64,000 nt of DNA from Salpingoeca rosetta. Lineage: Eukaryota; Protista; Choanoflagellata. The DNA lies in assembly GCA_033442325.1 (NCBI GenBank), contig JAWQFM010000021.1, forward strand, positions 465,452 through 529,451, given 5' to 3'. The first letter of the stretch is position 1. The number at the start of each line of letters is the position of its first letter. This document shows, piece by piece, positions 48,001 to 61,524 of the stretch. Under the pieces are notes generated by a model. It saw only the letters and a program-made list of their open reading frames with translations. It did not search any database and had not been told where the DNA came from. Both the position numbers and the translations under genes were made by a program.

Positions 48001-49554
48001 ACAACCATGCAGAGGTGCTGCGCGGAGGAGAGGTGACACGGGAGGCGGACGTGTACAGCTTCGCCATCACGGTGTACGAGATCTACAGCCGGCATGACCC
48101 GTTCCCAGAGGAGGACGCGTCGGAGTGCTGCTGTCAGATTGCCGCGGCGCAGGTGCGGCAAAGCGACCCGACATTCCCAGGCTCCGGTGCCTCGTCATGC
48201 TGGCTGAGCTTGCGCGGCGGTGCTTGTCCGAGGAGCCCAAAGTTCCGGCCAACGTTCGACCAGGTGGACGCGCAGCTGGGCGAGCTCAACATCAGCAAAG
48301 GTGGGCGCAAGCCTCATCCAGCAGAAGCAGGACGCGCTGAAGAAGGCCACGGTGCTGCACGACGTGTTCCCGCCGCACATTGCCAAGATGCTGGAGGAGG
48401 GCAAGAAGGTGCACCCGGAGCACAAGGACGACGTGACCATCTTCTTCTCCGACATTGTGGGCTTCACCAACATCAGCGCGCAGCTGACGCCGGCGGCGGT
48501 GTCGGACATGCTGGACCGGCTGTACTCTGCCTTTGACGAGCTGACGGAGAAGCACGGCGTGTTCAAGGTGGAGACCATTGGCGACGCGTACATGGCGGCA
48601 ACAAACCTTGTCAAGCCGCAGCACGACCACGCGCTCCGCATTGCGCAGTTTGCGGAGGACGCCATCAAGGCGGCGCAGTCGACGTTCATTGACCCTGAGC
48701 GGCCGGAGCTGGGGTGCGTGAACATCCGCGTTGGGTTCCACTGCGGCCCTGTCGTGGCCAACGTTGTTGGGCGGCGCAACCCGCGGTACTGCCTGTTTGG
48801 GGATACGGTGAACACGGCGTCGCGCATGGAGAGCTCGAGCGAGCGCAACAAGATCCACGTGTCGACGTCTGCGGGAGACCGCGTGCGGAGCCAGGCGCCG
48901 TGGGTGAAGCTTGAGTCGCGCGGGGTGCAGAACATCAAGGGCAAGGGCGAGATGCTGACATACTGGCTGGTGAGCACGAGGAAGCCTGAGCAGACGGGGC
49001 GTGTTGCCATTGCTGAGAACGAGGCCACTGTGATCGACATGGGCGAGGGTGATGGCGATGTTGACGGTGATGATGATGGTGATGGTGACACGGGTAGCCG
49101 GAGGAAGAGTGCCCAGCTGAAGGACAGCGTTGGGGGCGGGTTTGTGTTCAAGAAGAAGCGTGCGTCGTCGATTGGGCGGCGGTCGACAGGAACGCACGAG
49201 AGCCGAGCATCGGCGCGCGTGTCCCTGAGCTCCGTGTCGTGGCTCAACGATGCAAAGGCGTTTGAAGCCCTGTCGCGTGACAGCTTTGGCAGCCGTCGGG
49301 CGTCAACAACAGCATGCAACCTGCCAACAACAACATCATTGCCAACTGCCTTGTCGACCGCTGTTACTGTCGCAGGGATCGATTCGACTTGTTGCACCAA
49401 CTCAGATGAGAATTCTATCGACCTCAACACCAGTGTGGCCAACGCCTATGTCACTGTTGAGAGCAGCGTTCATGACGGTCAAAGCCTTGACAGTTCCAAT
49501 CAAGCCACCAAAGTGCTCGCTACCGTTGTGCTTCCGGATGGTGTTTACGCTTAA
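42998..49554 (+). CDS. Receptor kinase-guanylyl cyclase, copy 1 (solute-binding-protein-like ectodomain, Cys-rich, TM, TKL kinase, class III cyclase)
   Basis: Signal exon ..SIGCVLSP. PBP2/phosphonate-binding-like GAVIFTRAD..LEHLKDR..VLSGTADVGIV..STVAYPGW. TM IFIGSALAVIGIGVYIAIAMV. Kinase LGMGAFG/AIK/HGDLK/DFG/APE. Cyclase FSDIVGFT, KVETIGDAYM, RYCLFGDTVNTASRMES. Indels at 48124-48300. Confidence 0.9.
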
Positions 49555-50418
49555 TGTGGTTCACAATCAGTTGCTGTTCTTCGCTTTGATTCCTGGTTCC
49601 TTGTTTGTGCGTCGGCTGGCTTGTTGAGATGCTATTCCCCACCAACTGCTTCCACCGTGTCAACCAACCCGTTGTGTTTCCTTATGATGTGAGTCTGCGT
49701 GTGATGTTTTCCTCCTTGCATTCACTCGGACTGTGGTGCTGTGTAAGGCTGTGTCTGTGTCAATGAGTGAACGCGAAGTGCTCTTCAACAATCCAAATGC
49801 CAGGGTCAGCTGTTGATTGTTTGAAAGGTGGTTCGCCAAAGTTACAAATACATGGCCATTTGTACTGCAACGACGTGAAAACAGCGAGAGCAATGGCCTA
49901 TGTTGCTTCTTTTTCGACGAAATGATCCGTTAGCAGTACAGCAGTACTATGCGAGGATTGGTAGGCAGGCGAATTGGACATGATGTTGTGTTGTCATGTT
50001 GTGATGAATTAGACGTACATTAAACCTCCCCAATCCAAATTAATGTTGTCATTCCTATTCACGTTTCAATTGCGCGTGTCAACTTTGAAGTACATTTCGA
50101 ACCGTGCCCAAGCACGCTCGAAATGCAGGCACCCACCCCAATCACTCGATCAAGTCAGAGCCAGCATGCGTTGCTGAGGCATCAAACCATACAGGTGAGA
50201 AGAAGCCAAGAAGCAACACATGGTTTGACTGTTGGCCATGGATGTCATAGCAACATCTGCTGCCTTGCTGCGTTTCTCATTTCTTCTTCCTCCCTATTCC
50301 CCAGATAACAGCGCGAGCACTGTGTTTATCCAGCACTCGCTCGACCACATACAACTACGCTTGTTTCCGCGTGCACGACACCTTCTCTCCTTGCTGACTC
50401 TCACGGCATCAAGTCAAG

Positions 50419-52062
50419 ATGTTTGTGCTTGTCGCTCTTCTCTTTTGTGTGCTTGCCGCACACGTTCGCTCCGACCACCTTTCTGCCAATGGTTCGCTGG
50501 CCATTGGATGCGTCCTCTCTCCAACGGAGCCCTGTAAGTCCGAAAACAGGAAGGAAGAGCGACCTATCTAGATCCCTCTTGTTTCTCTGCTTCTGAACGT
50601 CTCCTTTGCTTTGATGTTTTGTTGGTGCCACCAGAGCACAGGGGAGCTTCTGTGTGATTGTAACTCGTGACTCTTGAGGTCGAGGAGATACGAGTCTCAC
50701 AGCCGAGATTCGCCGCTGCAACGACCACCTCCTTCAAGTTTGCTCTCTGACTTCTCACCTCCTCACATATGTTTGTGTGCATCTTCCCCTCGCGTTGACG
50801 TGCTGCAGATGTGTGTGACGTCTTTGAGGAGCTGCTGGCTGAGCACGCGCCTTGGAACTTCACCATGTATCGGATGAACGAGCTGGAGATGCTGGATGCT
50901 TCCAGCCACCTGGACTTTGCCCTCATCAACACCAAGACTATGGCGTGCCTACAGGAAGAGCAAGCAATCTCTCCGGTTGCAGCATTTGGACTGCCCAGCA
51001 TCTTCAGTACGTGCAAGCAGGCCAACACTCCAATCATATGCCTTGTCGTGCCTTTGCTCAGAAATGCTTGCATGCATGCACACTTGTGTGATAGTCGAGG
51101 GCGTGTATGTATGGGTGTGCTGTCTGGATACCCCAGCACGCTTGTACATGCGCTCACTCATCCAATCCATTTGCATGTCGCCTGTGGCACGGTGGTATCG
51201 CACTTGCGCACGCATTGCGACCAACCAAACCCAATGCTCACATGACCCATTGCTTGCTTACTGGCTTGCATGTCGCACTGTGCAGAGCCTGGCAGCGACA
51301 ACAAGGACGACTTTGTGTTTGACAGCGGTGGCGTGCTGTTCACCCGGCGCGAGACAGATCTGGTATCGCTGATTGACCTCAAGGACAAAGTAGTTGCTGG
51401 CACAACAGTCACTGACTTTGCCTCCACGCTGTCCGTTTATGCCGAGTACCTGGACAAGGCAAACCATGACCTGATGGACGACGCTGAAATGGTGTGTGAC
51501 AGTGCAACTCAAACCAAGGGGGCAGTTGGTTGGCTGTCTTTGTTGCTTCTGCTCTTGTGGTGTTGTGTGTTGTGGAGTTTGTGGCAGTGTGATGGTGTGG
51601 TCAGTTGCACCAGCACATGTACACACAGTGTCGATTGGGGTGCTTGTTTCTTTGGCTCGACGCGCTCACCCTGTGTTGTTGGCACCACCTGTATGGCTGC
51701 ACTTGTGCACATCTGTTCTCACCGTCACTGTTTGATGCGGTTGTCGTGGTGGTGGTGGTGGTGGTGGCGGTGTGGGGCGCATGCAGTTGCAGTTTCTTGG
51801 AACACCAGAACGTGTGCTGGAGGCTGTGTTGTCTGGCACGGCTGTTGCCGGGATGGTACCGACGGGCTTCTTGGAGAAGGCCGTGCAAGCTGGGTTGGTT
51901 GACTGGCACACCATCTCCGTGGTATCTCAGCAGCCCGTGGTGAAGAACAACGGCGAGTACTTTGCCTACGCGAGCTCCACTCCCGTGTATCCGAGCTGGA
52001 CATTTGCCGCCATGCGACCACTCACTTTGGATGTGAGTGTGCGTGTGCGTGTGTGTATGCAT

Positions 52063-52139
<77 letters not shown>

Positions 52140-54853
52140 TCAATGCATGTGCACGCAGGGGTGTGACTATGTGTGTGGCGTGATGCTCGTGCTACGGTCA
52201 CTGGTGTGGGTGGCTTGTTCCAGGCGCATGTTGCTCTTCTTCACTGCACGCACTGCACTCCACTGCACCGCACGCCTCGTCTCTTCATTTCCCCTTCCCT
52301 CACGTTGTCGCTTTCGTCGTATCACTGACTGCTGGCTGTGTTTACGATTGCCTTCCACTTTGTTGTTTGTGCGCTTGCGCAGGAGCGCGATGAGATGCAT
52401 CACGCCATCTTTGATGTGAAGAGCAAGAAGGCCCAGTTCGCGAGTCCTCGCGTGGTGGCCAGTGTCTCCGAGATTCTGGTACGTACACCTTTCATCCCAT
52501 GTATGTGCGTGGGTGCGTATGTGTATGCGCGTGTGCCTGCGATGCAAGGACTGCAGGGTGCATGCAGGCAATGCATGCTATATGTGCTACGTACGCTCGG
52601 TTCTCACAGTGGCCACATCGCACATCACGCACGCTTCACTCCATCTCCACCAAACCACAGCAAACGGTTGGGGTTGTGGAACGTGACCTGATCCATCCAC
52701 TGCAGACACATTGTGTTCGCAGAATGTCCCATGTCGTGTTTCGGCAGCACGACGCCATGTTTGAGAACGAGACGGCACCGCCACTTGGCACTGTGCTCTT
52801 GGCGGAGAAAGTGCAACAGTCTCGCGCGCTCATCGAGCGAGAGTTTGTGCACGTGAACGTCCCGAACGTGGAAGGGTACACAATTTGTGCACAGGACACG
52901 TTTACCATTGAACACACGGCCTTGCACAACTTGTGTCCTGGCGCGGCGATTCCGGAACACGGTTGCGTAATCTGCCGTCCGTGCCGACACACGCCTCCAG
53001 TTGTGGTGAGACAAGCTTTGCTTTTTGACATTGCATAACATACACATGCACACACGCCGACGCACACACACACACACACTCTCTCTCTCATACGCAAACA
53101 ACAACAACGCACATACACACATGCGTGGATGTGACCTTGCACCTTGAGCTTGCGCACAAGTGAACGTGAGCTTGTAACCTACGCCTTAACAACTTCGTTC
53201 CGAACTCAACTGTTACAACACCTCACTTGTCTGTGTATTGCAGCTCCACTCAAGCCCCAGCTTGTTTCGAGCAGTGGTTACCCTTGAAGATGAAATAGCA
53301 GCACGCGACATTATTTCAAGCTCTTGTCTGCGAATGAAGGTCTGCGCAACCATCCAGCAAGGCAGTACTCAGTTCATCGTGGTTGAAGACAGACTGTCTG
53401 CTTCACGGGCAATCACGGACCCCGATGCTTATTTTCACGTGACTGTGACATGGGACGACGTGGGCACTTACACGACAGCTGCTGCGCAAGTGCCAGGCTA
53501 CCACCACATGTCGACCATCAACTTTACCGCCTATCATTATGGCCTCGCCGCCGTGAACGTGAGCTTGCACATTGCGCGTTATCAGTGAAGGGGGAGGGAT
53601 GTTGGCAGGTACATTGTGTGCGTTTGCATGTTCGCCTGAGTGTAGGCATGCTTGATGAATGTCAGCCTGAACACGCATTGTTGAGGATGGTGATGGCAAT
53701 AGCCGTGCGGCGGGGATTCACGGAAGACTGTATCATCTTTGCTTGTCGTTGTATGTGCGCTTGCGTGCAGGTCCTCATTGCAAGTCCAGGCACGTCAGAG
53801 GAGGCATGGACGCACGTCGACGCCAGCCCGTTCTTGATCAGAGTAACCCCTCGCGACTGCCCACCTGGGATGGAGGCAACACAGGACAACACGTGCGTTT
53901 GCCCCGTCGGCACGCTCCACATCAGCGGCAGTTGCATGCAGGCAAAGGAGTACCTGCCCATCTTCATCGGCAGCGCCCTGGCTGTGATTGGCATCGGCGT
54001 GTACATTGCCATTGCCATGGTGCGGCGAGGCGCAGACAAGCTGTGGCAGATTGACGCGGCAGACGTTGTTGTGAGCGACCCGCCCGAGGTGCTTGGGATG
54101 GGCGCGTTTGGTGTTGTGATCAAGGGGGAGCTGAACGGCACCGCCATCGCCATCAAGCGCGTCATGCCGCGGGCCTCGCGTGCAGGTGCACGTGGTACGC
54201 GCACGGGAAGCAAGCGAGGGTTCTCAGCAGCATGAAACGGAGTAGCAAGAACGGCGAATGCGATGACGCACTTGCAGCTCCTGACGGCACAGTGACAGGC
54301 ACGTATCAGGCATCAAGGACAGCCAACGGCTTTGGCTTGCAGCTGGGCAACATGGACAACGAGGCAGCGATTGAGCGGGCGCTGGAGCAGGGCAATGCAA
54401 CCACCCAGGGCACCACACACAGGATGAGCAAGACAAAGAGGCTCACAAACGCAAAGTACGTTTGTCTGCAGGAGTTGGGTGCTGTGGTGTGCTGTGGTGT
54501 GTGCGTTGTGTGTGTGTGTGTGTGTGTTGTGTGTGAGTGTGTGCGAGTGAGTGTGTGTACATGCATATGTGTGTGCATGAGTACCAAGTGCGTGCCTCTC
54601 TTTGGCTCTTTGGCGTGAGGTACAGGCCCATTCTGGCTAAGCTGGTCAAAGTACTGCTCGCTTGCATTGTGCTCACTCACATTGGTCTTGCACTGCCCTT
54701 CACATCACGACAGAGCCGAGTTCATGGAGGAGATGCGGCTGCTGTCACGGCTGCGCCACCCGTGCATCGCCACCATGCTTGGTGCCATCATGACCAAGTC
54801 GCGAGAGTTTCTCCTTGTCATGGAGCACCTCGAGCACGGGTGCGTCAATGCTT

Positions 54854-54932
<79 letters not shown>

Positions 54933-57461
54933 ATATCTGTATGTATGTGTGTGTGTGATTATCTTCATGTGCACTTGCATTGGATTGACATCAGGCTTTG
55001 CTGACGCTCTTGCATGCGTGCATTTATGCCATCGTGCCGTCATGCACAGCACACCGCATACACACGCACCACACTTTCGCCATCACTGCCTTCCACTCAT
55101 TCTTCCCACCCTCGACACTCACTCACTCGCCTACACTCACTCATTCGCACCACACACGTATACACACAATCGCACGTTGCTCATGCACAGGTCGCTGTAT
55201 GACTTCCTGCGCAATGATGAGCTGCCGACACCAGACATGTTCTTGCTGCCCATTGTCAAGGACATTGTGTCTGGCATGCGCTACATCCACAACCTCAAGC
55301 CACCGGTTGTGCACGGCGATCTCAAGGCGAAGAATGTGCTTGTGGATGGCAACTTCAAGGCCAAGGTTGCTGATTTCGGGCTGTCGCAAAAGCAGCGTTT
55401 TGGCTGTGGCACCCCCTTCTGGATGGCGCCAGGTGTGTGTGTGATGTGGTGTGTGTGTGCGTGTGTGTGATGTGGTGTGTGTGTGTGTGTGTGTGTGATG
55501 TGGTGTGTGTGTGTGTGTGTGTGCGTGTGCGTGTGTGTGATGTGGTGTGTGTGCTGATGTGCTACTGTGAATGTGCATGCATGCAAGCACGTGCATGTGT
55601 ATTCGGGCGTGTTTATTGCAGAGCTGCGTTCTTCCCCCCCCTTACCTCAACACATACACATGCCTTCCAACCACTACCATTCACAATCACCAATCACAAT
55701 CACCACCATCACAACCACCGCTCACCAACCAACCATCACAACCACCGCTCACCAACCAATCATCACAACCATGCAGAGGTGCTGCGCGGAGGAGAGGTGA
55801 CGCGGGAGGCGGACGTGTACAGCTTCGCCATCACGGTGTACGAGATCTACAGCCGGCAGGACCCGTTCCCAGAGGAGGACGCGTCGGAGGTGCTGCGTCA
55901 GATTGCCGCGCGCCAGGTGCCGGCAAAGCGACCCGACATCCCAGCCTCGTGCCCCGTCATGCTGGCTGAGCTTGCGCGGCGGTGCTGGTCCGAGGAGCCC
56001 AAGTTCCGGCCAACGTTTGACCAGGTGGATGCGCAGCTGGGCGAGCTCAACATCAGCAAGGTGGGCGCAAGCCTCATCCAGCAGAAGCAGGACGCGCTGA
56101 AGAAGGCCACGGTGCTGCACGACGTGTTCCCGCCGCACATTGCCAAGATGCTGGAGGAGGGCAAGAAGGTGCACCCGGAGCACAAGGACGACGTGACCAT
56201 CTTCTTCTCCGACATTGTGGGCTTCACCAACATCAGCGCGCAGCTGACGCCGGCGGCGGTGTCGGACATGCTGGACCGGCTGTACTCTGCCTTTGACGAG
56301 CTGACGGAGAAGCACGGCGTGTTCAAGGTGGAGACCATTGGCGACGCGTACATGGCGGCAACAAACCTTGTCAAGCCGCAGCACGACCACGCGCTCCGCA
56401 TTGCGCAGTTTGCGGAGGACGCCATCAAGGCGGCGCAGTCGACGTTCATTGACCCTGAGCGGCCGGAGCTGGGGTGCGTGAACATCCGCGTTGGGTTCCA
56501 CTGCGGCCCTGTCGTGGCCAACGTTGTTGGGCGGCGCAACCCGCGGTACTGCCTGTTTGGGGATACGGTGAACACGGCGTCGCGCATGGAGAGCTCGAGC
56601 GAGCGCAACAAGATCCACGTGTCGACGTCTGCGGGAGACCGCGTGCGGAGCCAGGCGCCGTGGGTGAAGCTTGAGTCGCGCGGGGTGCAGAACATCAAGG
56701 GCAAGGGCGAGATGCTGACATACTGGCTGGTGAGCACGAGGAAGCATGAGCAGACGGGGCGTGTTGCCATTGCTGAGAACGAGGCCACCGTCATTGACAT
56801 GGGCGAGGGTGATGGCGAGGGTGATGGTGATAATGTTGACGGTGATGATGATGTTGACGGTGACACGGGTAGCCGGAGGAAGAGTGCCCAGCCGAAGGAC
56901 AGCGTTGGGGGCGGGTTTGTGTTCAAGAAGAAGCGTGCGTCGTCGATTGGGCGGCGGTCGACAGGAGCACATGAGGGCGGCGCATCGGCGCGGGTGTCAT
57001 TGAGCTCCGTGTCGTGGCTCAACGATGCAGAGGCGTTTGAGGCCCTGTCGCGTGACAGCGTTGGTAGTCCTCGTACTTCGACAGCCTCGCAACATCATGG
57101 ACCCCGGTTCGCAACACGTGCCAATGTGATTCAGGATGTTGCTGCTGTTGATCATGATACCGAGACCCTCCCCGCCTCCGATACAGGCAAGGCGCAACTT
57201 GATGCGGGGAGCGTTGCTGATGCCTATGCTGAAGACTCCTCGTTGTCGTCCAACACCCGCACTGGTGTTGCAGCTTTGCTCATGAACCCAAACATTCAAC
57301 GTGCCGTTCTTCTTGACGCTTACCGCGGCGACAGTCAGTCCGACGATGGTCTTGGTGGAAGTCTTTCCCCACTCGCCAACGTTTCACCTGTGGACATTCC
57401 CCGTGACGAGGAACGCGCCACGCTGTCTCATGGCAAGCTGTCTGAAGTGAGCCTGTGCTGA
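50419..57461 (+). CDS. Receptor kinase-guanylyl cyclase, copy 2 (tandem paralog)
   Basis: Signal MFVLVALLFCVLAAHVRS..IGCVLSP. Same exon structure and motifs as copy 1. 1-nt deletion near 54221 relative to copy 1. Confidence 0.9.
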
Positions 57462-57934
57462 TGGCCTTTGTTGCACTATCTTCGGGTTCTCATTCGCCAC
57501 TGTGTGATGTGATGTGTGATGCGCCTTCCCCTACGGCTTAACATTTTCCAACCTCAGCCTTCTCTTTGCAATGCCAGTGTTCTTAACGTTGAATCTCTGT
57601 GTGTGAGTACTGCGTGTATGTGTGTTTGTGTCGGTGTACGCCCATGTTTCTTAGTCGAGTTGTTGTTCGAGATGACATTGTGCGGTGCGGAGTGGCGGAC
57701 TTCAGTGGTTTGTTTGTCCAGGTTCATTCTTGCATGTGTGCTTTGTTCCATACTGTCGTGCCAACCTCTGGAGATGGTTGTGAAGAAAATGAAGAAAATG
57801 AAGCGCAAACCATGTTTCTGTATGGACACCGGTGCTCACGAGCAAACAACAGCCATCTTCGCCCAGACAAAGAAGCATTGTAGGCTGACATTTACACAGA
57901 AACACACACACACACACAGAAACACACACAACAC

Positions 57935-60439
57935 TTACACCTCGCTTTCATCTTCATCATGCAAGTCACTGCATCCTGCCACCGTATGTTGAAGTTCATT
58001 GACAGGTTTGGCGGTGTGACTCTCCGCGTCGGGAGCCGTGCTGTCATCCTCCGAGGCGTTGCCAATGTCGTCGATGAAGTCATACGGGTCGACCACAGGC
58101 AAGGCCGCATCTTTGGACAGGTGCTGGTCGGTGACCAGGTGTGCTGCCGTGTCGTCGGCACTGTTGCCCTCAAGCTCGTGACCCGATGAGTTTGCGTTGG
58201 CGCCACTATCAATGACAGCAGCCAGGGACGTTGCCAACACCCTCGACTTTGCTTGCTCCATTTCACCCGCGTCTCCCATCAACATCAGCCGAATGCTTGC
58301 CATGATGTCGTCGTCGTCGTCGTCGTCGTCATCATCATCATAGTCATCGAGATTCGCAGCACCATCATCACCAGCGCCATCACCGCGGTCACCGTGGGCG
58401 CTGCTATTTGATTGTGCCGCCGATTTGATGCAGGATCCAGGCGCGAGAGGCATCATAGCAGCTGATGGGTACTTGATGCAGCCATCCTCAGAGCTGGATT
58501 TGTGGTTGTCATTCGTTGCCTCGCGTTGTGCGTCATCCCACACAACAGCCGACATGTTCGAGGGTGTGGGGTGTGCCGCATGTGGCGAGGAAGGCTGCAA
58601 ATGTGGAGGGAGTGGCGCGGACGCACGGCGCGTTGCTGCGCGAATGAGACGAGGATCACTCCCTCGCTTGCCTGCCACACCCGCTTCGCCATCACAGTTG
58701 ACCTTCAACTTTGTTGTCACCGCTCCTGGCGCAAGCACGTCGGGTTGTGTCTCGCAGCCAACTTGATTTGGCTTCTGCCCCCGTCCGCCACCTGTACTAT
58801 CAGCCACTTCACCATGATCCTCGTCGTCTTCGTCGTCATCGTCATCCTCATCGTCATCCTCATCGAGGACAAGGCGGGCGTTGCACATGACCCGCGGCGT
58901 GGTTGGCAGGGAGTGTCGCGGTTCCGCCGTTGGTCGCCAGAGGTGCTCGTCATTGTCACTGGTGGCCGTTACAGCATCTGTTGTTGCTCGTTTGCAAGCT
59001 GGCGCGGTCGGATGTTGGCGCGTGTCATCATCAGTAAAGACAATGCTGTTGGTTGATGCGCCTTCGGGAAGGTTGGTTTGTTTTGCTGAGTTGGTGCTTG
59101 CAGGAAATGGCACAGGCGACGCGTCCTTGTTGGTAGCACGAGTGGAATCCGTGCTGTCATTTTCGCTGCAAGTTGCATCTGTCTGTTGCTTGCTGACCCG
59201 TGTCTGCGTGCTGTTGGCGTTTGTTGCTGTTGCGCCTGACTTCTGACTGGCTGTCGCGGAGACAGCGGTGTGCCGTGCGAGGTGCGTGAACTTGAGCGGG
59301 CCGGAGCATCCAGCCATATGCTCGAGCGTGTAGGACGGCGTGCTTCTGTCACTGTGTGTGCTTGAGCCTGGCAGGTGCGTTGGTGTGACGACACAGCTTC
59401 TTGTTTCGCCACCCGCATGTGGTGGGGGTGTTGGTGTCGTGGCTGCACAACAAGCACAACAAGCATGCGTATAACGGGGAGTGACAATGGTGTCAGTGAG
59501 CGAGCACGCAGTGCGTACGAGGTACAGGCAGCGGACTTTACGGGCAAGTAAGAGCGCTTCACATGTACATGTGATGACAGTTTAGCAAGGCCCGTGTGTT
59601 TGCACTTGAACCATCGCATGTGCATGCGCAGTTGTGTGCATGTGTGCATGTGTGTGCATATGTGTATGTGTGTAAATGTGTGTGTCCGCACGTGTGCGTG
59701 TGTGTGTGCATGTGTGTGCATGTGTGTGCTAGTTAGCGTGCGTTGATGTGTACTCACCGAGATCCACGTCGAAGATGCGTGATTGTCGTGCTTTCTTCGT
59801 TGCCTCTTGCAGGGCGCCTTCTTGTTCAAGCGTGTTGCGGTGTGCCCGCAGCTGCAGTTGCAAAGGTATTGCGGTGTGAGCGAAAAGGCAACCGGTGAAC
59901 ATCAAGTTGACTGATGACCTGGTGGTCCACCAGCACAATCATGCGTGCGTGTGCGTGTGTGCAAATGGTTGTGTACGTGTGCGTGTGGATTGGCATCTCA
60001 CCTCTTCTGTAACCTGGCCAAAGTTTGTCTTTGCTGTTTCCAAGTCGGCCACCACACCTGCAAGAGGGCATAACAACGCATACGTGTGATATACGTGATG
60101 TGCAACAGCGAGTGCGGCGTTTGCCACCACCAACATGAATAGGCTCGCGTGCTTGTGTGCGTGTGCTTGTGTGTGCGTGTGTGTGCTTGTATGTGTGAAA
60201 GATGTTTTACTACCTTTGCGGTTGTCTTGCAGGCGCTTTGTAGTTGCCTGTTGCTCTGCTTGCTGTTGCACGAGATCTGTTCAAGAAGAAGCCACGTGAT
60301 GAGCAAGTGAGCCGAAGTTTGCTTGGGGGCTTAGGTGACTTGGCTTGCTTCATCCCACATGCAGCAGCATCTCATCGCGCACACGCACACACACACATCG
60401 CGCACACACACACACACATCGCACACACACGCACACACG

Positions 60440-60501
<62 letters not shown>

Positions 60502-61490
60502 GAGCAGCAGGTCACGCATTCAAGGACGCAGCTTCGCATGGTGTGTCACGTACCTTTGCGCTGCTGCTGAAGAAACGCAACCTGCTCGTCGATGCGCTCA
60601 ATTTCTGACGCGGTATCACGTGATTCTGCCTCCTCCTTCTTGATGGCCATGTCCACCTCAGCAAGCGACTGCATACCAGCACACACACACACACACACAT
60701 GACAGCACCGGTGGCGATTTGAGCAAAGGCACAACGACCGCGTGTGCGGGCGATATTGTGCATGTGTGAGTATGGATTGTGTGTGTGTGTGTGTGTGTGT
60801 GCAGATGTGCGTGGATCAGCGAGTACATGCATCAAGGCTGTGCGTGTACACATCAGACCACGCCAACTGCACAAATGAGACACAAAACCTGCACGCGCGA
60901 CATCGCGGCGTTTTAGCCCGACCTGAATGAGGCTCGACACTTGTGTCTCCAGCTGCATGCACATGTGCACGCGGGCCACGTATTGCTCTGTTGCCACTTG
61001 CTGTGAACCCGCAAGGAAGCAAAGACCGAAGAGGAGTGACTCATGGCAATCGAACGAACTGGCAGAGAGGGCAATGAAGGGTACACAGCTACAAGGACAA
61101 GGCAAGCAAAGCTGGCATACCCAGCAATCAGGAACAACAATCAATGATCACCCCAATACGACCATGTCGTGTCGAGCACCCCGTGCTGCGAACAGCCGCA
61201 ACAGTGCAACTCACCGCCTGGTGGGAGATGCGGCGATGGGCCGTGTGATGCGGGGGTCGCGCGGTCTGTGCAAATCATCCATCATCAACCACACGTCATA
61301 ACATGCAGCATACAGAGCAAGACTGGGGTGAGCTGCGGTGAGGAGCTCTATTGCACGCAACGCATCGCCACACTCACGTGGAAGCTGTGGGCGTAACACA
61401 CTGAACAAGCGAGCGCACATACTTACGCAAATTGATACAAACATTCATGCACCAACACACACGCACATACACGTTGACACAAACATTCAT

Positions 61491-61524
<34 letters not shown>

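Noticed and set aside
48124-48300. Clustered frameshifts suggesting receptor copy 1 is a pseudogene
   Set aside because: Many are homopolymer-length or local swap differences within otherwise near-identical sequence, typical of low-quality consensus. Not excluded without raw reads.
54211-54232. Single-base frameshift in receptor copy 2 (possible programmed frameshift)
   Set aside because: TTT to TT relative to copy 1, with no slippery-site context. Probably a sequencing error.
48195-57022. Long antisense ORFs over the cyclase exons (48195-49442, 55749-57022)
   Set aside because: Expected from GC-rich codon bias of the sense gene; no recognisable motifs.
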